Part shown: positions 51,001-63,969 of the stretch, piece by piece
Position numbering within the stretch: the first letter of the stretch is position 1
Layout: every line of letters begins with the position of its first letter
Source of the DNA: Octopus sinensis
Taxonomy: Eukaryota
Direction of reading: 5' to 3'
Assembly: GCF_006345805.1 (NCBI RefSeq)
Contig: NC_043002.1
Location: forward strand, 806,001-870,000
DNA length: 64,000 nucleotides
Translations under genes and position numbers: made by a program
Notes under the pieces: model-generated
Database searches by the model: none
The model's input: only the letters and a program-made list of their open reading frames with translations
What the model was told of the DNA's origin: nothing

Positions 51001-51080
51001 TCTTACACTTTTGATCCATAGAGTATATTGGCCAAGATGCTGGGGTAGGTGGCCAGGTCTTTCCCCAGGCCAGAGGCATT
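48001..51080 (-). mobile_element. Near-complete BovB-like RTE LINE (EN + RT), inactivated
   Basis: EN: IGTWNIKGMN...DILGVSEVHWTG and ILGDFNAKIG...NQIDYIL. RT ORF of 444 aa with FIDYSKAFD, RQGCILSP and GRNINNLRYADDTTLLAES. 3' end aagagtcgactgagcg resembles the BovB tail. Confidence 0.9.
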
Positions 51081-52453
51081 TAGCCAGCATACTTACCATA
51101 TGCCGTTGTCACCCCCAGCACCATGGTGAGGAGAACAGTTGGACTTTGAAGTATGTATAGTTAGACAATTTGACAGGAGTCAACATACCAGAGGGCTACA
51201 TTGAACCCCAATGTTTGCTTTGGCATGGCATCTATGACTGGATGGCTGCTTGCAATTTATCGGATGCAGTTCTGCATCTTTAGCCAGCTAGAGGAAATGT
51301 CCACTTGGGGTTAAAAAATTGCAGTAGAGTCCATTCGAACGAACAACCATGTTGAAGTGACTACGAATATTACTTGTTAGTACAACTACTGTATTGATCT
51401 CTTAGAGAGATTTTGGAACTAGCAATTTTGTTTGTTGCAAAATCAGCGACTGTGTGTGTTTGCTTGAAATATATATGTTGGAAGCAGAGGTGAGCTACTA
51501 CCATTTCTAGCAGATGAGGTGTCCAGTTCTGAAGAGTGGCAGAAATAGCCTGAAACCACTCACTGTAAACATTATTATTAAGATTAAAATATAAATTATC
51601 CCTCCCCAAAAGCCATCACTACCCTTTTTTTCAAATATATATATGTGGTGTCTATACACACACACACACACACATTTACAAACCTCTCCTTCTTCCTCAG
51701 CTTTTCCTATGTCTTTGACTTTTCCCTATTTCGATATTTACCTTTAACCACACCTCCACTCTTGTTTATCATTCCTTCCAGTTACAGCTACCCCATCTCT
51801 AACCTCCTGTTACTCTCTGCTTTTGCTTTTATGAACTCATTCACCCACCTTTCCCAATCCTTTGCCCATATTCTTTCTTTGACCTCACCATCTTGGTCTT
51901 CCTTTCACCTATTCCCACCTACCTTCCTATAATATAGGGTTGTTAGTTATACATCACCTCCATAGCAAGACAACTGCACTCAACCTTCTACCATGCATAA
52001 AGCCACTAAACCCCTCTCCAGTTAACTGGTAACCTCACTAGTTCTGGTTTTGTGAACAAAAAACCCACCCAGCATACTCTGTTAAGTGGCTGGCATTAGG
52101 AAGGGCACCAGGCTGTAGTAACCATGCCAAAGCTGACACTGCAGCATGGCAGTCCTTTGACCAGTTGGCTCCTGACAAACTGTCCAACGCATGCCAGCAT
52201 GGCAGATGGATGTTAAAAGGTTTTGATGATGATCCTTTAGCAGTTATTTATGGTATTTAAATGAAATGTGAAGCGCATTTTCTTGTTACTTTTTCCCCTA
52301 ACCTAAATTGTAATTTTACTGTGGTTTATTTTTTCAACAAAATTATAATTTTTTTTCCTGTGACTATTTCTATTCAGCTTATATTCATCTCTTTAAACTG
52401 CCTAACACACCTCCCTTTCTGTATTATTATTATTATTTTTGTTATGTTTTCAG

Positions 52454-52547
52454 ATTATAACATTGCTTGTGTTTGATATTTCTCAAACATAGAGCGATTA
52501 GAGGCTGAAGGAGCCTACCCCAGGATTCTTGTGAGCTCAACTCCAAT
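52454..52547 (+). other. WDR37: WDR37 5' UTR portion of the first coding exon
   Basis: Acceptor gttatgttttcag|A. All three frames hit stops before ATG 52548, and there is no ATG in this stretch. Confidence 0.6.
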
Positions 52548-52699
52548 ATGTTTATGGATTTGAGCACTAAACAAAGCAAAGTGAAAAGTTCACAATCAGC
52601 ATATCGAAGACACAGAGGAGTACACAGAGAGGGACATACTATCACCAATATGAACCGTTACGATCTTGATTCAGACAGTATTTTGCCACCAGAATTGCG
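52548..52699 (+). CDS. WDR37: WDR37 coding exon 1 (MFMDLSTKQ...DSDSILPPELR)
   Basis: Open frame from the ATG to donor CG|GTAAGT (phase 2), which joins the next exon in frame. The start could instead be ATG 52554. Confidence 0.8.
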
Positions 52700-53559
52700 G
52701 TAAGTATTGTAAAATGTCAATTTAACATTTCCCATTGTTGGTTTATGAAAATTCTAATATAATAAAAATTAGTTTATAATGCATTTTCATAAATGTTTTA
52801 TTATTTTTATATGTTCAAGAAAATGATTTCAAGTAATTGAAAGAGAACACAGACCCAACATTGGAATCTCTACCTAATTCTTAGTCTTCATATCTTGATA
52901 CAAGAGAAGATACACTATTATCTTCCCTAGTTCCTTATGAGGGTCTCATTTAACAGAGGTTAATTAAATGGTCTCTATGTAGTGGACTTAGGGTTTATAA
53001 AAAAGTTGTAGATAAATGAAATGATTAAATGATAGTTAAACATCTTTGTTATGGATAGAAGAAATTGTCAGTGTGGTCTAACATAAACTGTTGATATTTC
53101 CAACACTGTTCTGACAACCTGTTAATTTGGTGTGTGAACTTTATTGAATAAAAGCGTTAAAGCATTTCATAAAGAAAAAAAAAATGAAATAAATATAATA
53201 AAACCACTGTATGCACATGAAAAAGTAGAGATCAAAATAACAATGTCATTTATAACATATTGAAGTGAATGCAAACATGGGACGGCAATTGTTGTGCTCT
53301 GTTTGGGTGTTTACAAGAAAAGTTATTATTGTTATATTTCGTTTTTGGATTTGGTTTGCAAGATTCTTTATATGAGTTTGTGTGTTGAAGCATATTCTGT
53401 TGTGTCTGGGGAGAGTCATTTTCTTTTTGTGCCTTATAATGTAGCACACTCATCAGTAAAATTTCCACTTATTTCTTATTTATATTTTCCTATTATCACT
53501 GTTATTTTTCTTGTTAATAGCTTTGAATTCTAATTTAAAGTTATTTTGAAGCAGTTACC

Positions 53560-55660
53560 TTCATGAATATGAATGAATTTTAATTTAGTCATCAGCTTTT
53601 TGGAACAGGCATTTGTTTTTATAATAGCTAAAAAGTTAGGGAGAAATAAAACTGCAACTTTTGAAGTTTTGAACAACCTTCCCTATAATAAAATCTAATG
53701 TGTGTCTCATCAGTAACCACTCTCTCTGTTTCCCAGCTGAGTTTCTGTAGCTTGTGACTTTTCATTCCATAATTGACCTTATCAAAAGCCTTTGCTGTCA
53801 AGATATGCCACATCCAAGTTTGAGTGAGTCATTAATTGTTTCAGCACCCAATCATAATGCTGCAAGAGCTGTGTAAGGCAGCTTCTTTCTGAGCAGAATC
53901 TGTGCTGGGTGTCAGGGAGTTAACCGTTATCTTTGAGGAATGTGATCAATTTCTTACTGACAATGCTTTCTACGACTTTGCTGACATGAGAGAGACAAAT
54001 CTACAATCTTTAGCATCTGCTCTGCTATCTCTCCTATGGATAGGACATATCTTGAGCAATGTTTGTTTGTGATAGAATCCTTTGCTATCATTTAGATGGT
54101 TTGAAATTTTTGCTGGTCATCTCAGTAGAATCCTATTATCTCTGGGAATTATATTTTTCTGTTGGTTTGGCATTCTCTTTGGAGCAAACTTACTGCATAT
54201 GTCATGCATGGTTGTCATAAAGTATTGTAGATTTATTTCAATATCTTGTGTAGAGAGACTGCTAGATCAGTTTTGTTCCATGACATCTTTTTCAATACCC
54301 TTCCAATCAGCCTTATGAAAGTTCAGGTTGGAGAGAATTTGGGTGCTTCTAGTGGCATGCATGTCTGCAGTTTTCTGCAGACTGCACATTGTTAGATCTA
54401 TTATGTTATGGTCTGAGAGAATTGTCAATGTTACTTTAACATTATGGATGACTGCTGCATTATCTGTGAAGCAGAAGTCCTGGGCATTTTTTTTTCTTGT
54501 GAAATATTATTTGTTTCATAAAAAGCATGTTTGTGAGGTTGAGCAGAGACTCCACTTGCCTCTGTTCAAGCAGTGACATACCTGAGAGAAGGCAGTCCTC
54601 AGGCCATTTGATAGTAGGGAGGTTGAAGTCTCCTAAAAGAAGTGTATGAAGGCTGTCATCAATGTTGGCTAACACTTTTTCCATCTTTTTGAGGCTCCCT
54701 TTGAATGAGTTCTCAAGATTTGGAGCATCTGGTGGGTGATATGTAGTACATATTACCATTTTCATCTGTTAATGTGTGCCACCAGTGTGTCACAGACTGT
54801 GTTTGAGTGTGACAGCAGGACTACAGGTGTGACACCTGGAGTTCCACCGTGAGTCCTTTCTCTCCTGTTAGTTTGCAACACAACATACTTTGATATGTAT
54901 TTGGCAACATCTAACATCTAACATCGAACATGTCAGCATTCAGATGTGTTTCTGTCAGTGCCATGCATATTGTTTGATTATAGGTCACTAAGTCTCTCAG
55001 GTGTTGAGTTTTGCATTGGTGGGATGTTACAAGGCCCCTGATATTCCCAGTTTGAACCAGCAGAGCTAGACTTAGGGGACGGTAAAGGTTTGATGGTTTG
55101 ACAATCATCTTATTCTCTCATCTAGGGTGCCAGATGCTGTGGTATCTTCTCCCGCTGCAACTTGGTGTATTCAACTACTAGCCCAGGCTCTGCTGCTCAT
55201 CAGGCTGAGGAAAGCAAACTGTCAAAGTATCAGTTGCCCTCTGACAGGTTTATGGTCGAGCTCGTGGAAGTGGAGACCTCTGGTGTTCTTGGTCCCCAAA
55301 CCATATCCTACTCACTGCTATCTGGGTGGAGATGGTTATCTGCAAGTGTGAGGCCTGTGAGTCAGAGTGGTTGTTCCAGCACATCTCCCTCACTATCCTC
55401 CAGGTCAACAGCTTTTCCATTTTGTTTGCTGGGACCATGAGGCAGTCTGGATTACAGAGAATCAAGAGAATGTAAGAATGTCATAGATTACTACTCGTCT
55501 AGTAGATATATGTTGTGAGACAGTCGAAGCAATAGGACTGGACTGCGATTACCCAGGCAACACACACACACACCACACACAGAAGTTGCACTGATTCCAT
55601 GAACGATACTGTAATCAACCTCCAATATGGCCATACTAATCTCCATCCTCTCACCAACCA
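53560..55660 (-). mobile_element. CR1-like LINE 5' part (ORF1 remnant, endonuclease, start of RT) in a WDR37 intron
   Basis: VQTGNIRGL, MALTETHLNAD, YHPPDAPN, LLLGDFNLPTIKWP and AKAFDKVN on the minus strand; decayed. Confidence 0.8.
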
Positions 55661-56009
55661 AAAACATAGAATAGCTTACACTCCTACTTCATGGCTGAGT
55701 GATTAGCAGTATACAACTGTATGCAGCTGTATGACGTGAAGCTATCTGCACATCTTTACCATTTTTGTTACTACATCTGAAGGCATTGCAACTTTGTTTT
55801 CCTAAAGGAACACTTATTAAAGTTGTGTAGACAAAAGCTGGTTCCTGGTGAAGCATCTTTTAGTTATTTTACTTAACTTCTGGTTTGGGTCTTTTTTTCT
55901 TTTTTTACGCCTTCACTATTTCAGCTTTGACTTACAAAACACATCTGCTGCCAGAAGCACATTCCCCTCTAAACTCTTTTTATGTGTGACAATATTATTT
56001 TCTTTACAG

Positions 56010-56080
56010 GACTAAACTGTATCGGTTATTTGGACAAATTGAAAGGGAGTTTGAGAAAGTTTATTCTGAAAATGTATCTT
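56010..56080 (+). CDS. WDR37: WDR37 coding exon 2 (RTKLYRLFGQIEREFEKVYSENVSL)
   Basis: ttttctttacag| acceptor and |GTAAGT donor. LFGQIEREFE matches the conserved WDR37 N-terminal motif (human LFGQIEREFENLYIEN, recalled). Confidence 0.93.
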
Positions 56081-56929
56081 GTAAGTATTTTATTTTTCTC
56101 ACATGTGTTTAGATCATTTCTTTATTTTAATATACAAAATGTGAATAAAATAATTTATTACAATCTCAACATAATTCATCATTAGAATACTTTTTATTGA
56201 GAAAATTGTTATTGTGATGTATATATATATAATCCCAAGTTATTGTTTCACTGTGTTTTACTCATTTGTGATAGGAGAGACAAAAAATATCTTTTATTTT
56301 TTTATATGGATTTTGTGTTACTCATGGCAAGATTCTTAGAATTTATAGTCAGTATAAAGGCAAGAACTACTAGGAGGAAGCTGAGATACTTTGATATTTG
56401 TTAAAATATCAAATGAGTTTAGAATTGGGTTGGAATATAATTTTTTAATAAATATTGTGAAACATAACTTGTATAACTTTGAACAGCAGATATATAACTA
56501 TTTCTTGACACCATAAGAGGAATGTTTTTGCTGCAAATATAATGGTGGGAATTTGAATATCATTGTCTGCTTCTCCATTGGAAATTTTAATGAGAATTTG
56601 ATGGAAATTTTAATTAGAATAAACTTCAATTTGAAAAAAAGATTAAAAATAAATAAGCCTGAAACACTAATCATAGAAAAAAAAAGATGAATGAAAAACC
56701 CTTTGTGGAAACAGAAGATAATATTTTCTTTTCTTTATTCATGTTTTCATAAAAATATAGAATTATTTAAAATTATGGTTAGGAGAATATACAAACTCAG
56801 AGTGGAATTATTTAACTTTGGAAGCCTTGTTCAGTGCGGTCATGTTAACCCTGTTTCTCAAGCATTACTCATATCAAGAAAGTACCTCTAAACATGAAAT
56901 ATCTAGCTTTTAGAGTCCTCATTGTTGCT

Positions 56930-57330
56930 CCAAATGCTGGGCTTCCCTTTCATCAAGGATCTTTTCTGGCAAAATCACATCCTTAGCATAGCTAAGACCA
57001 CACTCCAAAGACTATCCCTTCTCTCTTGAACCAGAAGATATTTTAGTCCCTTATAGCTGCTAATGTCTGGGATGCTACTTTCTATGCATACATTCAAGGC
57101 AACATCCAGAGAAGGGTCACTTGGCTGATTGGCACCCCATCACAATGGACCTACTCCTGTTTCCAGTCTATAAGCATGCTATTTCCTCTGTCTCTATTTT
57201 CTGTTGTTTTTATAATGGGCTCTAACTCCTCAGATTTGACTTATCTTGTGTCTCCACTACTCAGGTACCCCCACTTGTCTTCCTCTGCTTCTTGCCATCC
57301 TTTCCTCACCCTAAACACTGTATCCAATCC
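56930..57330 (+). mobile_element. Ancient LINE ORF2 3' remnant, similar in type to 10440-10910
   Basis: HILSIAKTTLQRLSLL and IQ...RRVTWLIG-like text; heavily decayed. Confidence 0.4.
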
Positions 57331-58929
57331 TTCATCCTCAGAACATCATCCCACTGGAAACTTCTCTTCCCTGCTCATATCTTTTGTTCATTTATTGACC
57401 TGTAAATAGTTCAAACAGAACATCAACTACTTCAGTCTTACCAAACATAAACCCTGCCCCTTCTTCCAAGCTCAGTGAATTAAGAAAAAATACATTGTAA
57501 AGCACTTACATAGTGAAGCAGAATGTAGACAACAAGATGAGAAGAGATTATTAATTTGCATTATAGATTATGCAAATTTAAGAGCCAAAAGCTGATGTGG
57601 AATTCTTGTTTTAAAGCATTACAGAGGATTTTCTTTTTCTTCTTCAAAAGCATGCTCACTCTACCCTCAAAAACTTACAAGCAGAAAAAGATAAAATATT
57701 TTCTATGTCAAACCTTAACTTGATAATCTTTGTCTTACATTATTAAAGCTTGACAATAGTTTTATATTTATTTTTATAAAAGCTCAACATTTTCACACTC
57801 TATAGAAAGCTTCCCATCATTTGGCATTCAACTTTTCACTTGTTGATGTAAGACTTGCATTATGTATTCTGGATATGTTTCATAGTTTTCAAAGCTTACC
57901 CAATGTTTTCATATTCAATGGATTACAAATTGATTCTACTTTTGCTCAAAACTTACTTTTCAATGGAATTCTAGTAACATTATCTTTTATAAAAGCACTA
58001 TAAATAGTTTCTCCTCATATTCTCACTCATTTTTGCCACCGACCCTCATTCTCTGTCATTGCTCCATCTACAGGGTCATATTTGCCTTTTGTCATCACCC
58101 TATCCTTTGCTCATACTGCTACATATCTCAGATTAATGACTGTCATCACTCATTCTATTACTCATTCCCATCACTCATTTCTCTGATACTCATCATTCAG
58201 CCCCATCTTAATACTCATCTCCCAATCATTCATACTCCAAATCATTTATCCCCACTTCATCCAACCCTCATTGCTCATCCCCCATCACTCAATCCTCATC
58301 ATTCATTCTCCTACCACTTACTCTTGTGACCCACTCCTACAACCCCCCCCCATCATTCACACTCCATCTCTCCTGTCAAGGACTTCTCTCTAGTGTGAAT
58401 GATGTATTTATTTATACATGTGGATGGAATAAAAATGTCAACACATTCCTCCTGTGCCATTGGTGCATGGAAAGAGGAGGAGTTGGACCATTTCACAGTT
58501 TGTTGTTGTTCCTCAGAGAAACTGTTCCTGGTTTACTTCCCCACCCAATACCCTAACATCAACAACTATATAAGGCAATCATAAATTAGGCTGGCATCAT
58601 GGGGGATGATTGCCTAATTTGCATATTTATACACTTTGGAAATTTTGATGCATTATATTACAATCTGCCGTTAGTCATGGTTGGTACATTTTATTTATCT
58701 AATCCAAATGCAGTTATGCAGTAAGTGCTTCTGACTTTGAAGTCCATTTGTTTGTGCGTGTGTGTGTCTAGGTGTTGGTATGGATGTGGCTAAAATGTTT
58801 GCTTTGAACCCATGTGGTTTTGAGTTCAATCCAATTGCCTGGCATCTAGGACAAGTATCTTTTGCTATAGCTCTGACCTGAGTGGATTTGGTAGATGGAA
58901 ACTAAAAGAAGCTTGACAAATATCATCAA

Positions 58930-59460
58930 CATCATCAACATCATCATTTAGCATCTTTATTTTCCATGCTGGCATGGGTTTGAAGGTTTGGCTGGTACTG
59001 GTAAGTCCGCTGCACCAAGCTCTAGTCTGTTTTGGTTTGTACTGGGTGTTTTTAATGTGCCACCAGCATGGGTGCCTTTTACGTGTCACTGGCATGGGTG
59101 CCTTTTATGTGCCACTGGCACTAGCTACAACTACAATACCACTAAGCTTCTTCACATATTTTCTTAGGTGCAGAAATCACCAAACAGTCTGAGTCAGTTT
59201 TATCATCTCTGTGTGACTCAGCATCCAAAGATCATGCTTCACCACCTCATCCCACATCTTTCCACAGGTTCCCTCCACAATTAGAGATTGGAACTTCTTC
59301 ATGCAGCTCTCCTCATCCATATGCATCACATGACCATACCATTTCAGTCTTCTCTCTTGTACACATCCAATGGCTCTTACACCCAATTTTTCTCTTAAGG
59401 CAATCACACTGTTGCACATCCAACGAAGCATATAAGCTCATATCTCTTTGTCTTAACATC
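58930..59460 (-). mobile_element. RTE LINE 3' fragment
   Basis: ORF 59177-59431 (LRWMCN...ERRLKWYGHVMHMDE...WDEVVKHDL) plus the family tail. Confidence 0.85.
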
Positions 59461-60033
59461 ACATACTGATTAAAAGCAATGTCACCATTCTTACAAACAC
59501 TGGCATTTGTTTGCAGTCCTCTGTGAAAACATGTCCTGCTAGTGTACTGTTCATGTTTAAAAGACTAAGGGAAATATTACCTTGTTTGGAAGCAGGAAAC
59601 AATTGAGGGTTGGGAACAGGAAGAACCTCGACATAGAAAACCTGCCGCAACAAATTTGGTCTGGGTCTTGCAAGTGTGGGAAAGTGGATGTTAATATTAT
59701 ATATATATCATCATCAACATCATCGTTTAACGTCTGTCTTCTATGCTAGCATGGGTGGGACAGTATCACAAGAGCCAGTCAAGCTGAAGCCTGCACCAGA
59801 CTTCTGTGATTGTTTTGGCAGGATTTTTGCAGCTGAATGCCATTCTAACATCAACCATTCAACAGAGTGGACTTTGTGCATTTTACATGGTTCAAACACA
59901 TGGAAGATGAATAGTGCTTTTTATGGGGGTCAAGCACAGGCAAGGTCAGTTTTAGCAAAGTTTTTACAGTTGGATGCCCTTCTGAACACCAACCACTTTA
60001 CAGTGTGGATTGGGTGCTTTTAATATATATATT

Positions 60034-60148
60034 AAAACACATGTCTTGCTATAGAGGAGGTACATGAATAATATCATCATCATCATCATCATAAATGATG
60101 ATGATGATGATATTAATCATGTACCTCCTTTGCAGCAAGACATGTTTT
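60034..60148. repeat. Near-perfect palindrome with arms of about 55 bp
   Basis: aaaacacatgtcttgctatagaggaggtacatgaataat(atc)n-aa-(atg)n attaatcatgtacctcctttgcagcaagacatgtttt. Confidence 0.9.
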
Positions 60149-60602
60149 TACCTCTCTGTCTCTCCATCATACTCAAACCTTTCATCATCTGATACAAGAT
60201 CACCTTCTCTAGTGTCTCCTCTTCTCTCACAGGATCTTTGTCTTGCATCCAGTCCACACTGTGAAGTGGTTGGTATTTGGAAAGGAATCCAGCTGTAAAA
60301 TCATGCCAAAACTGACCTCATGTGTGCTTGTGCCATGTAAAAGCATTCTGTCCAGTCTGTTGGGTAGTTGGTATTAGGAAGGGAATCCAGCTGTAAAAAC
60401 CATGACAAAACAGACACAGAAGTCTCATGCAGGCTCCTGCCTGGCCAGCTCCCATCAAACCATCTAGCCCATGCCAGTGTAGAAGGTGGATGTTAAACAA
60501 CGACGACGATGATGATGATGATATATTGTGATTTTGCTTAGGCATACTGATACTTAATCTGTTGTTAGAACTCAATATACATATTACCATCATCATCATC
60601 TA

Positions 60603-62068
60603 GCACCTGTGTCGGTGGCACATAAAAACACCATCCGAAGACCCGGCAAGACTAGTCAGGCCATAACCCATGGCCCCTACCTGGGACGTAGTCAGTCCAC
60701 CTGTGCATACCTTCCTTCTTGTGACACTTGTGAAGACCTGTTGAGGCAAGTGAAAATCAAATCAAAACAAATCAAAATAGATGAACATCAATGGAATCTG
60801 TATCTTTGTGGTACCAGTGCCGGTGGCACACACTTTGTGGTACCAGTGCCGGTGGCACACATGAGAACCATCCGAACGTGGCCGTAGCCAGTTCCGCATC
60901 GACCGGCCTCCGTGCTGTGGGCACGTAACAAACACCATCCGATCATGGCCGTTCGCCAGCCTCATCTGGCACCTGTGTCGGTGGCACATAAAAACACCTT
61001 CCGAAGACCCGGCAAGACTAGTCAGTCCACCTGTGCATACCTTCCTTCCTTCTTGTGACACTTGTGAAGACCGGTTGAGGCAAGTGAAAATAAAATCAAA
61101 TCAAATCAAATCAAATCAAAATAGACAAAATAGATGAACATCAATGGAATTTGTATCTTGTGGTACCAGTGCCTGTGGCACACAAGAAATCCATCAGTGC
61201 CGTAGTCAGTGCGGTGGGCACATGACAAACACCATCCGATCGTGGCCGTTCGCCAGCCTCATCTAGCACCTGTGTCGGTGGCACATAAAAACACCATCCG
61301 AAGACCCGGCAAGACTAGTCAGGCCATAACCCATGGCCCCTACCTGGGACGTAGTCAGTCCACCTGTGCATACCTTCCTTCTTGTGACACTTGTGAAGAC
61401 CTGTTGAGGCAAGTGAAAATCAAATCAAATCAAAACAAATCAAAATAGATGAACATCAATGGAATTTGTATCTTTGTGGTACCAGTGCCGGTGGCACGTG
61501 GCACATAAGAAAACCATCCGAACGTGGCCGTAGCCAGTACCGCATCGACTGGCCTCCGTGCTGTGGGCACGTAACAAGCACCATCCGATCGTGGCCGTTT
61601 GCCAGCCTCATCTGGCACCTGTGTCGGTGGCACATAAAAACACCAAAACACCATCCGAGCGTGGCCGTCTGCCAGCCTCGTCTGGCACCTGTGTCGGTGG
61701 CACATAAAAAACACCATCCGAGCGTGGCCGTCTGCCAGCCTCGTCTGGCACCTGTGTCGGTGGCACATAAAAAACACCATCCGAGCGTGGCCGTCTGCCA
61801 GCCTCGTCTGGCACCTGTGTCGGTGGCACATAAAAAACACCATCCGAGCGTGGCCGTTTGTCAGCCTCGTCTGGCACCTGTGTCGGTGGCACATAAAATC
61901 ACCCACTACACTCTCGGAGTGGTTGGCGTTAGGAAGGGCATCCAGCTGTAGAAACACTGCCAGATCTGACTGGACTGGTGCAGCTTTCGGGCTCCCCAGA
62001 CCCCAGTTGAACCGTCCAACCCATGCTAGCATGGAAAGCGGACGTTAAATGATGATGATGATGATGAT
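60603..62068 (+). mobile_element. Concatenated RTE 3' ends with a 63-bp tandem array and a single tail
   Basis: Blocks containing aagacccggcaag (ORF-end KTRQ) restart at about 60603, 60969 and 61266. gtgtcggtgg recurs at 61621, 61691, 61754, 61817 and 61880. (GAT)n tail at about 62050. Confidence 0.85.
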
Positions 62069-62069
62069 G

Positions 62070-62345
62070 ATCATCATCATCATCATTTAACGTCTGTTGT
62101 CCATGCTGGCATGGGTTGGATGGTTTGACCAGAGCTGGTAAGCTGAGGGGCTGCATCAGACTCCAGTCTGATTTGGCATGGTTTCTATGGCTGGATGCCC
62201 TTCCTAACACCAACCACTCTGAGAGTTTAATGGGTACTTTTATGTGTCACCGGCACAGGTGCCAGTTACGTGACGCCAGTATCTGCCACAAGTGTGATTC
62301 CACTTGGCTTGATGCGTCTTCTTCTCAAGCATGGCATACAGCCAA
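62070..62345 (-). mobile_element. RTE 3' end, tail-to-tail with the preceding element
   Basis: (CAT)n tttaacgtctgttgtccatgctggcatgggttgg... is the reverse complement of the family tail. Confidence 0.85.
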
Positions 62346-62502
62346 AGTTTTCATTTTGCAGAGTTGGGAAAACCATAATAAAAGACTTCGATGTTATGTG
62401 TTCTCAATGAAATGAGTTTCCAGTTTTTCATATACTTTGTTCCGTAATGTTTCTCATCAGTATTCAAAAACCTTTGTATGGATTGTTTTTCTATTTTCCA
62501 AG

Positions 62503-62619
62503 TACAAGAGAAAGTTGAAGCTTTAAATGAACGCCTGGAGACATATACAAACTGTAGTATTGATAAACCAGCTCCAGATATTACAGATTCATCAGAAATA
62601 TCTGCCAAACCCAAAAGAT
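62503..62619 (+). CDS. WDR37: WDR37 coding exon 3 (LQEKVEALNERLE...SAKPKR)
   Basis: ttttccaag| acceptor and |GTATGT donor, phases 1/1 consistent. LNERL matches human IDTLNERL. Confidence 0.9.
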
Positions 62620-63969
62620 GTATGTATTTTATATGAATTTTATTTCTTTTTTGATGTATATTCTGATTGTACTTAAAACTAATTTCCTCTGAGCCACAAC
62701 AATATTAATGGAATTATGTTAAATGAAAAATTCCTCAGGCCATATTTTTCTAAATCCCACATTACAATAGACATATCAAGTATTTGTGATTGTGAGTTAG
62801 AAATAGGTTAGTGATTGGAGGATAAGATTTTTAATGTCTGATTTTCGGTCAGATGTGTGACTTACTAATCACCTTTAAGAGTGATTTGCTTTTTATTTAG
62901 GAAAAAATTTTGAAAATGTTATAAAAGTGATAAAAGTGAGAAGAAAATGAAAGAAACTGAATTTTATCAATGTTTAATGTAACATCTGCAGAGATTAAAA
63001 ACCATTTTATGTTTGACAACTGCCATAAAAAAAAAGAGAGAAATTAAAAATTGAAAAAGAAGTCATACAAATTAGCATTGCAGGTCATAAATTATTGAAT
63101 TAACCCTTTCGTTACCGTATTTATTTTGAGATAATCTGTGTTTTTTTTTTTTCAATTACTTTTAATATAACAAAGAATTTAGTAAAATAACTTAGTTATC
63201 ATTAAGCTTGTGTTAGGAACATAAATTGTGAGTAAGGTTTGGTGGAAGATTTTAATTCAAAATATCATAATGCATTATAATTATTATTATTATTAATCTA
63301 GATTCCTTATTACACAAAAGATTATCCAATTGTTCTTTCAGTTTGTTGGTATTTTCTCTATGTATTGTACCCCTTCTATTTTTTGAGAGGGTGTTGAAGT
63401 CCTGTCTTTTGAAGCCCAATCTATTGTAGTATTTAGTTCTAAATTAGACTGAAACTGTTGGCTCTGTGGGGATCTTCTTGGTTCCAGGATTTATATAATT
63501 TTCAATGCCAACCCACTAAATCTTCCAGATATAACTTACACCATAAACCTGATGCCTTTGCTCCAAGGAGTAGAGTCTTTAAGCTACATCATCACCATAA
63601 TCTTCATCATCACCATCTGATTTTCTATGCTGGCATGGGTTGGATTGGTTCTGTAATGTCTTACCATTCACTCTGGTTCTTTGTCATCTCACATACAAAG
63701 CAATAACATTTTTAAAAAATCCAAATTTGATGCTTGAGATTAAAGCATCTACTTTGGTTGGTTGAAAGTCAGATGGTTAGTTTAGTGTAATGGTATCACA
63801 TCTGTCTTGGTTGTAAATGTGTGGTTTGTGTTCCACAGGTAACTGTCTGCTCTTTTTCCCTTTTTAAAGCCACTGTGCTATAAGCTATTGTTTAGTACTG
63901 AATTCCCTTTCAGATATACCATTAGTACAGTCTTATTTCTTGAGTAATTTGGAAACTTTTCTTATTCAG

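Noticed and set aside
50900-51010. HDV-like ribozyme in the BovB-like 5' region (GGTACC pairing)
   Set aside because: A P1-like stem exists, but P2, P3 and P1.1 could not be placed in the required nested-pseudoknot order.
61612-61895. CRISPR-like appearance of palindromic repeats (also 45950-46830 and 27675-27985)
   Set aside because: The spacers are themselves repeated, there are no cas genes, the context is eukaryotic, and the units lie inside retroelements.
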